The notes: generated by a model from the sequence alone, not told the origin. Shown: positions 39,803 to 49,117, counted from the first letter of the stretch. The stretch: DNA of 64,000 nt from Candidatus Thorarchaeota archaeon (GCA_003345555.1 PRDJ01000039.1:13530-77529); one strand, 5' to 3'. Translations and numbers: made by a program.

Positions 39803-40012
39803 GTGTCGGGACAATACGGTCAGTCGCTAAAGGATCTACTTGAGCGAATGCATATTTCTGACTCAGAGAAGCTTGTTGCGGAAGGTGAGACCTTAGTGAT
39901 AGACACGAAAGCAGAACGAATTCTCCTCTCGCGAAAGGATGGCGTTCTGTCAATCAGGTCTCTTCCTTCACCGGGATCCGGCAGTATTGCTGGAAAGGGT
40001 CACAACACTTAG
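39803..40012 (+). CDS. small hypothetical protein (69 aa)
   Basis: ORF in an otherwise empty ~0.9 kb gap; GETLVIDTKAERILLSRKDGVLSIRSL is protein-like but matches nothing I recognise. Confidence 0.25.
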   Translation: MSGQYGQSLKDLLERMHISDSEKLVAEGETLVIDTKAERILLSRKDGVLSIRSLPSPGSGSIAGKGHNT

Positions 40013-40597
40013 TTGGCCGATTGTTAAGCCAAGTTGTCACCGAAAGTGTGACAATTCGAGAGGCCTTGGCCATCACAGTTGGAATTGGCTCTTCTTTGCC
40101 CTTCTTCGCTCTCCGGGAGGTTTCTGTGCCTGTTTGGGGTATTTATACTTACAGAGCCAGTATTGAGTGAGCCAAGCAGATTTGTCTTAGCGTGCTAGCC
40201 CAGATTCCGTTGGAGCTCGACAATATGGTTGAAACCCGTTCTGCCAAAGTGGGCCTCCATCAAGGGGACGAGACGGCATGCTTGGCTGGGCCCACAAGGG
40301 GGACCAAGACGTTGGCGATCGACACCGCCGAAATCAACAGTTGCGTATCTATCTCGAAGGTTCTCCACATCACCTCTTCGAGGGATGGCGGACCTTGTTC
40401 GGTTTGTCCTGTGAAAGTGTCTCATAGATAGCAACCTGAGAAAGCGGCCGTTTGGTATGGAACGGGTTTCAACCTAACCATTCTGCAGGTCCGGCAGGTC
40501 ATAAACAACTCTGGTGGCAAGTCTCAGCCTGCTCTTGGATCGTCATTGCTCGGTGCTCAGATAGGGGTAACCGCCTCATCGACCCGCCGTTCTCCAC

Positions 40598-41821
40598 TTG
40601 TCTCGCGCTCACCTTATGAAACTGCCTTTTTCCGTCGCAATCTTCTTAGCGTGCCTAGACTGGTCCCTCACTGATGCAGCGTTGGTAAACACATCGCGAG
40701 TTCTTCATCTTGTCAAAGCCCTCGTAGCCGCGAACTCAGAGAATCCCCCAGGTCGAGAGGATCGGGCCGCCCAAGTCCTACGTGAACACGTGGAGGAACA
40801 TAGTCTTTCCTGCACGACAATCGGTCCAGACGAGCGACCGAATCTGGTCGTTTCGACCGATCGTCTTGACGAGGCAGAGCTGGTGCTTCACGGTCATCTT
40901 GATACGGTCCCCGTAGGTCCGAGAGACTCATGGTCGCATGAACCATTTCAGTGTGAGCAGGTGGGTGACAGACTCTATGGGCGAGGAGCCTGTGACATGA
41001 AAGGGCCACTAGCAGCATTGGTTGAGACGATGATAACCTATGCTGACGAAAGGCACGCGAAGCCGCTGCTTATGCTAGCCACGACTGATGAAGAGAGCGG
41101 TTCTTCTGGTGCTGACCAAGTAGCTGCAAGCAAGATCCTAACCGGAGTTCGCTATGGCGTATGCGCGGAACCTACGTCGCTTGAGGTTCTGGTGGGCGAG
41201 AAAGGGATGCTATGGGTTCGCGTTACTGCTGAAGGGAAGTCAGCCCATGGTTCTAGGCCTGAGGAGGGGATCAATGCCATTGAACTCTGCATAAACGCCG
41301 TCAAGATACTGACAAAGCGCCCCTATCCGTTCGAGCGAGATTCACTCATGGGAAAGCCGACGATGAACGTAGGTGTCATAAACGGCGGCGTCAAAATCAA
41401 TGTGGTACCCAATCGGTGTGAAGCACTTATCGACATGAGACTAGTGAAAGGGCAGGGCATCGAGTCCACCCTTGAGCAAATGAAGAACAGGTTGAAAGAA
41501 GCTGGTCTATCTGAAAGAGTCAGGGTGGATTATGTCCACGGACTCCCCGCAGTAATCACTCCGATTGATGCAGAGATAGTGTCAGCAAGTCTTGAAGCTG
41601 TTGAGAAGGTGACGGGCCGAGCACAGCGACCCCGTGCCGCAACGTTTGGCACGGACTGTTCTGTTCTGCAACCCAAGATAGGCATCCTGAATGTGATTTG
41701 CGGGGCAGGTTCAATTGAACAGGCGCATCAACCTGATGAGTACGTTTCTGTGGAGCAGTTGCTCTCTTCTGTTGATGTCTATCTCCATATAGCGAGGCAC
41801 TTTGCTCGCGACATCTCTTGA
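40598..41821 (+). CDS. M20-family metallopeptidase (ArgE/DapE/acetylornithine deacetylase-like)
   Basis: LHGHLDTVP metal-binding motif, catalytic ..DMKG.. and ..TDEE.. blocks, and a dimerisation-domain-sized insert; the N-terminal ~40 aa may be over-extended. Confidence 0.8.
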   Translation: MSRAHLMKLPFSVAIFLACLDWSLTDAALVNTSRVLHLVKALVAANSENPPGREDRAAQVLREHVEEHSLSCTTIGPDERPNLVVSTDRLDEAELVLHGHLDTVPVGPRDSWSHEPFQCEQVGDRLYGRGACDMKGPLAALVETMITYADERHAKPLLMLATTDEESGSSGADQVAASKILTGVRYGVCAEPTSLEVLVGEKGMLWVRVTAEGKSAHGSRPEEGINAIELCINAVKILTKRPYPFERDSLMGKPTMNVGVINGGVKINVVPNRCEALIDMRLVKGQGIESTLEQMKNRLKEAGLSERVRVDYVHGLPAVITPIDAEIVSASLEAVEKVTGRAQRPRAATFGTDCSVLQPKIGILNVICGAGSIEQAHQPDEYVSVEQLLSSVDVYLHIARHFARDIS

Positions 41822-41955
41822 TTCCTCCGCAGTAGCGTCCACAATGAACCGCACTAGCAGCATGTAGTGGACAAGATTCTGCCAATACGTAGAAACCTAC
41901 TTATCGATGTTTGCCGGCAGCATGAGTCGGGCCTGCTGGCTCGGGGCAAAACCAG

Positions 41956-42450
41956 ATGCACGACGTTACTTTTGTCATGTTCTTGCAGAGCCCTCTTGCT
42001 CTCTTGCTCCTTACTGCCGGGCTTGTTCTGAAGAAACGCTCCAAAAAGCCCACGAAGGCTCCGTACGAGAAACAGATTCGTTCCATGATCACAGCGATTG
42101 ACAAGGGAAAGACTGTCACAGCTCCTGCCACTGATAGTCGTCTGGAGATTATCACCGACCTCTTTGAGAGCAAGATGAAAGCTGTAGGTCTGGAGCCGTC
42201 TCAGGATTCGGGCTACGTACCTACCGGTTTCACACCTCTAGCTACCTTTCTTCACGAGCATGGTGCATCAGAAGATATCGTGGGCGCAATGCTCTCAGGT
42301 TTGAAAGAGGCCAATTCTGAGTCAGAAGTTCTCGATATGATCGACGCGGCAGCAGAGTCGAAGGAAATTGACTTGCGCGGATCGACGTTGGCCAAAGCCA
42401 AAGAGCTTGCTATGCTCGAATGGAAACGTTCCGGACACGACACGTCGTAG
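41956..42450 (+). CDS. N-terminally membrane-anchored hypothetical protein
   Basis: One hydrophobic helix (FVMFLQSPLALLLLTAGLVL) followed by KKRSKK and a soluble helical domain. Confidence 0.4.
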   Translation: MHDVTFVMFLQSPLALLLLTAGLVLKKRSKKPTKAPYEKQIRSMITAIDKGKTVTAPATDSRLEIITDLFESKMKAVGLEPSQDSGYVPTGFTPLATFLHEHGASEDIVGAMLSGLKEANSESEVLDMIDAAAESKEIDLRGSTLAKAKELAMLEWKRSGHDTS

Positions 42451-42462
42451 AGGGAGAATCCC

Positions 42463-43191
42463 TTGACCGAGTTACTACATATGCAGGATAACTATCTCCG
42501 AGAGTTTGACGGACGGGTTGCCAGCATAAGTGAAGGTGCTGTCGTTCTTGACAGGACCTGCTTCTATCCAGAAGGAGGAGGGCAGATCGGCGACAAGGGC
42601 ACTCTTAGCGACAGCAAGAGCACATTCCAAGTTACGGACACTAGGAAAGTGGATGATGAGGTTCGACATATCTGCGCAGGTATTATTCCGCAGGGATTTG
42701 GTCCAGTGGTTCATGGGTCTCTTGACTGGAATTCACGTTACGAATGCATGCGTTTCCATACTGCACAGCACGTTCTTTCTCGTTATCTCCTCTTGAACTA
42801 TGGACTTGAGACAGTGGGAAATATGGTCAAGCCGGGCGAGAGCAGAGCCGACTACCAGCAAGTGGATCACATAACTGAAGATATGAAAAGGGAAGTTGAG
42901 GCGGGTGTCAATTCCATTCTTGCCCGCAACCTCGATATCGCCATTCGCTTCATGCCGCGCGAAGAGGCCATCACTTTTCTGCAGGAAGCCGGCTATCAGG
43001 TGAGGTACCTCGAGATGGTTCCTAAGTCGGTCTCCGAATTCAGGGTTGTCGCCGTGGGTGACTACGACTTCGCCTCATGTGCAGGCACGCATGTGGCCAA
43101 CACCGGGGAAATCGGGAGAATCGTAATCGGGAAGAGTAAGAACGTGGGAGCAGGAAAGCAGCGGATATACTTCTCACTGTCTCGCGCGTGA
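42463..43191 (+). CDS. alaX: alanyl-tRNA editing protein AlaX-M
   Basis: HTAQHVL (HxxxH) and CAGTHV (CxxxH) zinc motifs of the AlaRS/ThrRS editing domain; 242 aa matches the AlaX-M size. Confidence 0.8.
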   Translation: MTELLHMQDNYLREFDGRVASISEGAVVLDRTCFYPEGGGQIGDKGTLSDSKSTFQVTDTRKVDDEVRHICAGIIPQGFGPVVHGSLDWNSRYECMRFHTAQHVLSRYLLLNYGLETVGNMVKPGESRADYQQVDHITEDMKREVEAGVNSILARNLDIAIRFMPREEAITFLQEAGYQVRYLEMVPKSVSEFRVVAVGDYDFASCAGTHVANTGEIGRIVIGKSKNVGAGKQRIYFSLSRA

Positions 43192-43257
43192 ACCCGTCAT
43201 GTCATAAGCATCTCGGGCCAAAGACTTTATTCAGCCTGAGTATCTCGGGAAGGCAGT

Positions 43258-44562
43258 GTGAAAGAGATGAAAGCACTGGTTCTGACTGCAGGCGTCGGTA
43301 ATAGGCTCAGGCCTCTCACTGCCAATCGATCAAAGTCGATGCTCATGATAGCTGGCAAACCTGTGGTGCAGTACATTATCGATAGTCTCAAAGAAAACGA
43401 CATACGAGATATCACGATTGTTGTGGGACACGGCAAACAGGAGCTTATGGACTACATTGAGCAGGGTGGTGACGAGGACATCAGCATCCGCTATGTCCAC
43501 CAACTCGAACAGAAGGGAGTGGAAAATGCAATACTCTGTGCAAGAGATGAGCTGGGCGACGAGGAGGAGTTCCTTGCTGTGCACGGAGACGTTCTGGTCG
43601 AGCCCGAAATGGTCGCACGTGCACTCGAAAATCACGAAACGCAGGACGCCTACATGACTTATCTCGTGACACTTGTCTCAAACCCTGAGCAGTTTGGCAC
43701 CGTGAAGATAGGCCGAAATGGGATGGTGGAGCGGCTTGTGGAGAAGGGTGGTCCCGACCGCTATGTAAGCAACTACGCAGTGGCGGGCTTGACCGTATTC
43801 AACCGAGAGATCTTCTCACTGCTTTCAAAGCATGGAACCATGGAACGCGCAATCGAATCTGTAATCACAGGCGGTAAGAGAGTTGGCGCCGCTGTCTGGG
43901 AGAAGGAGTGGGCCGAATTCACATGGCCATGGGACATTCTTAAGGCAAACAGGATTGTCATGGATAGAAAGCTGAAGGGCCATGGGACATTCATAGCCGA
44001 GTCTGCAGAGATTCATAAGAACGTGGTACTAGAAGGGCCAGTCTTCATTGATGAGGGAAGCATCATCCGCCCTGGTACGACTCTGCACGGCCCGATATAT
44101 ATCGGAAAGGGAGTCTATATCGGGAACAACTCGCTCGTGAGGGACTACGCAAGTCTGTGTGATAACGTTCACATAGGCTACGCTGTTGAAGTGAGGAACA
44201 GCATGGTTTTCGAACGAGTGAAGATTGGAAGAATGACTTACTTAGCTGATAGTCTCGTGGGTGCTGACGCTGTCATAGAAGCCGGGGTCCAGCTCTGGAA
44301 CTGGAGACCGGGAAATCAGCCACTTTACCTGCGGGAACCGGAAGAGAAGATACGAGTGCCGATGAGTAAGTTCGGGGCTATCATAGGCGATGGCGTTATC
44401 ATCGGAGTGAATACGTCAATCTATCCCGCTACGCGTATCGGGGAGAATAGTGTCATTGCAGCAGGGTGCATAATTGACGAGGACATCCCGCCTGACAGCG
44501 ATGTCCGAGTACAACAGAACCTTTCAATCACCAAGCGTTCTGATTCCCAAAGCTGTGAGTAG
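43258..44562 (+). CDS. bifunctional sugar-1-phosphate nucleotidyltransferase / acetyltransferase (archaeal GlmU-like)
   Basis: N-terminal LVLTAGVGNRLRPLTANRSKSML (the nucleotidyltransferase G-x-G-x-R-L motif) and a C-terminal left-handed beta-helix with hexapeptide repeats. Confidence 0.8.
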   Translation: MKEMKALVLTAGVGNRLRPLTANRSKSMLMIAGKPVVQYIIDSLKENDIRDITIVVGHGKQELMDYIEQGGDEDISIRYVHQLEQKGVENAILCARDELGDEEEFLAVHGDVLVEPEMVARALENHETQDAYMTYLVTLVSNPEQFGTVKIGRNGMVERLVEKGGPDRYVSNYAVAGLTVFNREIFSLLSKHGTMERAIESVITGGKRVGAAVWEKEWAEFTWPWDILKANRIVMDRKLKGHGTFIAESAEIHKNVVLEGPVFIDEGSIIRPGTTLHGPIYIGKGVYIGNNSLVRDYASLCDNVHIGYAVEVRNSMVFERVKIGRMTYLADSLVGADAVIEAGVQLWNWRPGNQPLYLREPEEKIRVPMSKFGAIIGDGVIIGVNTSIYPATRIGENSVIAAGCIIDEDIPPDSDVRVQQNLSITKRSDSQSCE

Positions 44563-44564
44563 GA

Positions 44565-45236
44565 TCAGTCCTGGCTGTCAATATGCGTTTTCGCGACAAG
44601 CTTTTCATCAATATAGAGAGCGACTGAATCTTCTCTCACTAGAAGCTTCACACTAGACCCGGGCAGGATGGTTACTCCTTGGAACACATAACCCCCGACG
44701 TGGGCTTGACAATCCCCGCCAATTGCCGTGTCATGGATGGTTTCCGTCAAAGAGACACCGTAGCTCGATGGTACAATCTTTAGTAAGTCAAGCAAGCGGT
44801 CCAGCTGTTTCGTTTCATGCTGTGTCAGGTACTCTCTCACAGTCTGATAGCCGAGATACCTATCTCGACCCCTGCCAACTACTTGGTCACGATATCGTCC
44901 GGTCGTAATCCTTTCAGCGGCGAGGTAGACCCCAAGCCCTCTCTCAATTGCATCGAGGTCTGTTCTTTCTTCTGCACGCCTCGAAGTGGACACGCAGGGA
45001 TGGCTCATTTCATGAGCCAGTAGACCTAGCAACGCGCACTGGTGCCATCGCTGGGCAGTCTTGTCACAAACAAGACTGATTGCCTCGCGTGGGTTGGTCC
45101 ACCTTATTTCAGCGAACGAGGACAGCCTGCTCCACTTTGCCCTCAGAGGCTGGTCAACGAGTTCTGGGTATGCGTATCTGGAAAGATTCGATACAAGCAT
45201 GCTGAGCTCAGAGTCGGAGTGTTTCTCCCTTCTCAT
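44565..45236 (-). CDS. hypothetical protein with HEMSH (HExxH-like) motif
   Basis: LLAHEMSHP is the only motif; a possible metal-dependent hydrolase. Confidence 0.35.
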   Translation of the reverse strand: MRREKHSDSELSMLVSNLSRYAYPELVDQPLRAKWSRLSSFAEIRWTNPREAISLVCDKTAQRWHQCALLGLLAHEMSHPCVSTSRRAEERTDLDAIERGLGVYLAAERITTGRYRDQVVGRGRDRYLGYQTVREYLTQHETKQLDRLLDLLKIVPSSYGVSLTETIHDTAIGGDCQAHVGGYVFQGVTILPGSSVKLLVREDSVALYIDEKLVAKTHIDSQD

Positions 45237-45357
45237 TGGTCATCACGCAAGCAAGCATAATGGCGGCACTTAAGCCTGAGTCACACTTTTTCAGCGAATC
45301 CGCAGTCGCCGCTGCCCGGGTTGACACAAATTGCCAACATTCACACAACAACGCATG

Positions 45358-45371
45358 AGCATATTTAAAAG
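45358..45371 (+). promoter_or_regulatory. TATA-box-like element upstream of the S25e-like gene
   Basis: catatttaaaagcc seen directly; the predicted TSS (~45390-45395) lies upstream of the in-frame KKKWGK-encoding stretch. Confidence 0.35.
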
Positions 45372-45473
45372 CCAAACTCCAGATTCCCGCGAAGGAACCG
45401 TCCCAAATCAACTAGGAGAGTAATTGCCATCAGCAAGAAGAAGTGGGGAAAGCCTGCCGCAAAGACCGAGCGA

Positions 45474-46238
45474 TTGGTGCGAGAAGCAGTTCCCAAGCCA
45501 GAGACACTTCAGGAAGTGGATGACTACCTCAAGAAGGTCAGATCAACAACGGTTTTTGATGTGGCCAATCGGTTCAACATTCGTATGAGTGTTGCTCGGA
45601 GTATATTGGCGGAAAGAGAGGCAAACGGCAGTCTTGTTCCGTACGTGCGCGATGGCGGATTCGTAGCATACTCAACTCCAGCTGAAATGGAGAAACGTCA
45701 GTCGGGTCGTGCCGTCCTTATCGCTGATGCACTCGAGGAGGTCGCATCATCTGTCACTCATGAGAGTCTTATGACTGACCAGGTGGAAACAGCGTTGGCA
45801 GCAGCTGCCAGCATGGCAGTGGTGAAGCCGGGCAAGATTGCACGCCAGAGACGAGAGTTTGGCGAAAGAAAAGAGAAGACAAGGGATCGGAGACCCGAAG
45901 TCCTCGTGCAGCCTTTGGAAGGCGAAGGCGAGACTGGGCGAACGCTGGAACCAGAAAGGGGATTCACTCGGCCGGTTGCTCCGAAGGAGACTCCCCGGGA
46001 GGTAGCGCCGAAGACCGCTATCGTATCGCCAGAGGCCCCACAAGCGAGTTCCCGTTCGAAGAAGACTCCATCCAAGCCCGAAAAGCCCGCCAGACCTGCG
46101 GCGAAGCCAAAAGAGAAAGCCGGGCCCAAGAAGAAGCCTGAGGCCGCAGCGAAGAAGCCTGCCAAGCCTGCGCAGAAGGCTCAAGTCAGGAAGAAACCAT
46201 CTTCCGAAAAGCCGACCAAGACCGTCAAGAAGAAGTAG
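45474..46238 (+). CDS. rps25e: ribosomal protein S25e-like winged helix with ~160-aa Lys/Pro/Ala-rich C-terminal extension
   Basis: VRSTTVFDVANRFNIRMSVARSILAEREANGSLVPYV aligns with the S25e core ([33 protein letters not shown]). The in-frame upstream codons encode ISKKKWGKPAAK, matching the S25e KKKWSKGK N-terminus. C-terminal tail KPARPAAKPKEKAGPKKKPEAAAKKPAKPAQKAQVRKKP. Confidence 0.6.
   Translation: MVREAVPKPETLQEVDDYLKKVRSTTVFDVANRFNIRMSVARSILAEREANGSLVPYVRDGGFVAYSTPAEMEKRQSGRAVLIADALEEVASSVTHESLMTDQVETALAAAASMAVVKPGKIARQRREFGERKEKTRDRRPEVLVQPLEGEGETGRTLEPERGFTRPVAPKETPREVAPKTAIVSPEAPQASSRSKKTPSKPEKPARPAAKPKEKAGPKKKPEAAAKKPAKPAQKAQVRKKPSSEKPTKTVKKK
45990..46235 (+). repeat. low-complexity Lys/Pro/Ala-coding tract (S25e-like gene tail)
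   Basis: Reiterated aagcc/gccaag/cctgc units encoding KPAKP/AKKP repeats. Confidence 0.6.
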
Positions 46239-46402
46239 GAATATTCCTACTATCAAGCGGTCGTCCGGCTGTCTACAGAATCACGTTCAGTCAGGGTCAT
46301 CGCCACTAGGTCCCACGAGTACGTCGACAGAATCCGAGTCACCGATGGAAAGATAGGATGAGGCAAGAAACAAAGAGTATCTTGCCTTTCCAAAACTCGA
46401 TC

Positions 46403-47047
46403 TCACTTCATGCCAGCTATTTGCCTATCAAGATCCTCAAGCTGCGAATCCAGTTCGGCTTCCTTGGTCTTGTAGTCCTCTTCTGGAATGTATCCTCTCA
46501 TGTAGTCAAAGCGCAAGTCAGTCAAGGCAGCCTTCAAACGATCCTTCTGTTGCAGAAGGAAGTCGAGTTGGTCGCTAGAACCTGCAGGCGCTGCTGGAGC
46601 TGGAGCAGGAGCTACCTTTGCTGCGGGTGCAGCAGGCGCTGACTTCGCTGGGGCCGGAGCTAGTGCCGATTTCGCGGGAGCGGGTGCTGGCGCAGGCTTT
46701 GGCGTAGGTGCTGGAGCTGCTTTTGGAGTTGCAGCAGCCTTCGGAGGAGCTGTCGGTGCAGCCCTCGGTGGCGCAGTCGGGGCAGCAGCCTCTGCCGACA
46801 ATGAGCTTGGTTGTACTGCCTCCATAGTCTCCATGTTACGCCTAAGAGTGTCAATCTGGTCAGCAATCTGAGTAAAGCTATCATTGATGGTCTGATTAAT
46901 CGCGGTCTTCATCCTTGCCAAGTTCTCTGCCAGCTGATCGGCAAGCTTCTTTGTCTCCGCGACCTTGTTAGCAAAGCTTTCTATCGCCCTGAGCTTCTGG
47001 TTCAGCTCTTCCATTTGTCTTTGAATAGCGCTAAAATCGAAGGCCAT
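46403..47047 (-). CDS. coiled-coil protein with Pro/Ala-rich low-complexity linker
   Basis: N- and C-terminal amphipathic helices flank an (AP/PA/AK)n stretch (46560..46800, GC-rich low-complexity DNA). Confidence 0.5.
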   Translation of the reverse strand: MAFDFSAIQRQMEELNQKLRAIESFANKVAETKKLADQLAENLARMKTAINQTINDSFTQIADQIDTLRRNMETMEAVQPSSLSAEAAAPTAPPRAAPTAPPKAAATPKAAPAPTPKPAPAPAPAKSALAPAPAKSAPAAPAAKVAPAPAPAAPAGSSDQLDFLLQQKDRLKAALTDLRFDYMRGYIPEEDYKTKEAELDSQLEDLDRQIAGMK

Positions 47048-47144
47048 GTATACTCACCTGATGGACAGCCTCTGTGCATGAAAGTCTGGGCTGTCGTTCT
47101 TAACCTTTGTCGTCATCAACTCCGTCACCTGCGCGTATGGGAGC

Positions 47145-48017
47145 CTACGCAGGCACCGGTTTGGCTTCACCCTTTCCTTCAAGGATGGCTTTCCGGATGA
47201 TTTGAATGAGGCGGTCTCTATAGGAGATGTCTATCGCGACGAGCTCGTAAGTGGCGATTCCGAGAATCTGGCCCACTCTCTCAGGAGTCAGAGCAGTGGG
47301 CAGGTCTTGCTTGTTGGCGATGCCAATTACCTTGGCTTCAGGAACCTCCTCTTTGACCAGAGACACCAACTTCTTGCTACGCAAAACGTTCTCAAGGGTA
47401 CTATCGGTCACAATGATGACAACTTGGGCATTCGCTATCATCTTGGCCCAGAGGATACTAAACCGCGATTGACCCGCAAGGTCCCAGAGTACTATGTTCG
47501 CATTTTGGACTTCGTCCGGGAGCTTCTTTATCGATACACCGATTGTAGGATCATGTACCAGTGGAAGTGTCTCTCCCCTGAGCAGATGCAGTGTGGTGGT
47601 CTTGCCAACGCCTGCGTATCCAAGAATCGCCACCTTCACCATTGTCACTGCTATCTCGTCGACCTTTGCATCAAGACCTTCCAAGGGGAGGTTCGCTTCT
47701 GCAAGGGTTGCGAAGTCCTTTATGAAGGCATCAACTAGCTGCGTCATCCGCTCCTCTATCTGAGCTGTGTCGTCGGCCTTGTCGGCCACAAACATGAATA
47801 CGAAGTCGCGTCGAGCAGCATAGAATATCCTTGTCCCTGAGAAACCCATGTACTCTGTCTTTCCCTCCAGGTCAACTGAGGAAATGAAATGAGCGAAATT
47901 CACTAGGAACTCAACCAGTCCCTCTCCTGATTCGCTCTTGGCGTATTCTTTGGAATATATGACATTGCTCTGTTGTCCAAGTATGTATAGGCTTCTAATC
48001 ATTGCTCGCCACTCCAC
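47145..48017 (-). CDS. longin/roadblock-like N-terminal domain fused to a Ras-superfamily small GTPase
   Basis: GTPase motifs: G1 GYAGVGKTT, switch-I PTIG, G3 WDLAGQ, G4 ANKQD. The first ~125 aa (IRSLYILGQQSNVIYSKEY...FVFMFVADKADDTAQIEERMTQLVDAFIKDF) follow the longin/SRX/roadblock profilin-like pattern (compare Sec22/Ykt6 ...VVIADNEYPSRVAFTLLEKVLDEF). Confidence 0.7.
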   Translation of the reverse strand: MEWRAMIRSLYILGQQSNVIYSKEYAKSESGEGLVEFLVNFAHFISSVDLEGKTEYMGFSGTRIFYAARRDFVFMFVADKADDTAQIEERMTQLVDAFIKDFATLAEANLPLEGLDAKVDEIAVTMVKVAILGYAGVGKTTTLHLLRGETLPLVHDPTIGVSIKKLPDEVQNANIVLWDLAGQSRFSILWAKMIANAQVVIIVTDSTLENVLRSKKLVSLVKEEVPEAKVIGIANKQDLPTALTPERVGQILGIATYELVAIDISYRDRLIQIIRKAILEGKGEAKPVPA

Positions 48018-49117
48018 TTCTCGGCAAGTATCTCAAGATGTCTTCTGGCAATCTCAGGGGTTATCTCGTCGTTAGACAGCTTATCTGCTATCAGCGGCAG
48101 AACAAACTCTGGGATAAATGATTCCATGATTGGGTTGGTCACCAAAGCCCAGATTCCTTCTCCGATTTGTGCCGCAACATTTTCAGACTCTAAGCTGAAT
48201 AGCGCGTTTTGAACGATTTCTTCCTGAAGCAGCGTTCTGTTCGATATCTCTCTCACTGAAAGCGGCTCATCTCGCAGAGAAGTTAGGACCTTGTATTCGA
48301 TCTTCTTGGAAAGCACTCTCGCGATCTTTTCCCTGTCTTCGACCAGCGGTGAATTGGGGTCGTCGCTGGGTATCGTGGGGTTGTATCCTCGGCTCGGAGG
48401 TGGCGGTGCGAAGAACTCAGCAACTCGCTGTTGGTACTGAGCGGCGAGCCCGGGCATGGATTTCCTAGCTTTCGTGATGGCTTCAACTGGCGGGGCCCTG
48501 TAGGCAAATACGTCCTTTACTAGAAACACGGCCTCGATGCCTTTTCCTATGATTTCGACGTTGACGATACCAGAGTCCATCAAAGGTAAGATGGACTCCC
48601 GCAAATCCACGGAGTCGCTCTGGACTTGGCTCTTGAGCCAAATCGAGAGCTTCGCAGCTCTCTCGACTCCTTCGTTCTCAATCTTTTCAAGTACCAATCC
48701 TGATGATGGTGTCAGGAATATCTGGGCATATCTCTGTTCTTCGCTAGCTTCCCCTAGGCTGCTGTGGCTCTCGAGTATCTCATCAAGGTGAACCAGCTCA
48801 GGATTCTCGACCATGAGCTCAATTATCAGTCTCCCCATCCCTGGTATTTCTTCCTTAAGCCCTTCATAGTCCTCGTCAGCGGTCAAGACGAAGCATGCCA
48901 TCCAGCGGGGACGCGCTCTGTCTACAAAGGAGACTATCCGCACGTTGTCGATTTCACTGTACCTTAAGTTCTCCTTCTCTTCCTTCTCATGTTCATAGAA
49001 TATCAAGTTCAGGATCTTCTCGTTCAGCGAGAAAGAGAAGGGATGTCTCTTCTCGACAACAAAACCTTGGTAGTCGTCTAGGTGGACCACGAATATTGCT
49101 TGTGGCATGCCATGCAC
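47999..49117 (-). CDS. protein with a longin/roadblock-like N-terminal domain and a C-terminal winged helix
   Basis: AIFVVHLDDYQGFVVEKRHPFSFSLNEKILNLIFYEH...WMACFVLTADEDYEGLKEEIPGMGRLIIELM has a longin-like beta-beta-alpha pattern. C-terminal SVREISNRTLLQEEIVQNALFSLESENV is wH-like. Overlaps the GTPase gene start by 19 nt (operon). Confidence 0.45.
   Translation of the reverse strand: MHGMPQAIFVVHLDDYQGFVVEKRHPFSFSLNEKILNLIFYEHEKEEKENLRYSEIDNVRIVSFVDRARPRWMACFVLTADEDYEGLKEEIPGMGRLIIELMVENPELVHLDEILESHSSLGEASEEQRYAQIFLTPSSGLVLEKIENEGVERAAKLSIWLKSQVQSDSVDLRESILPLMDSGIVNVEIIGKGIEAVFLVKDVFAYRAPPVEAITKARKSMPGLAAQYQQRVAEFFAPPPPSRGYNPTIPSDDPNSPLVEDREKIARVLSKKIEYKVLTSLRDEPLSVREISNRTLLQEEIVQNALFSLESENVAAQIGEGIWALVTNPIMESFIPEFVLPLIADKLSNDEITPEIARRHLEILAEKWSGEQ

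Noticed and set aside
40192-40434. Mirror-image 79-aa ORFs on both strands
   Set aside because: Neither has protein-like composition or a credible start context, so I did not call them as CDS. They are kept only as a hint of non-coding function (see findings).
46560-46800. Periodic GC-rich low-complexity DNA (gctggagc / gcaggagc units) that could be mistaken for a short-repeat array
   Set aside because: The units are imperfect, in frame and encode an Ala/Pro linker inside a continuous ORF (46403..47047). It is not a CRISPR array or a minisatellite outside coding sequence.
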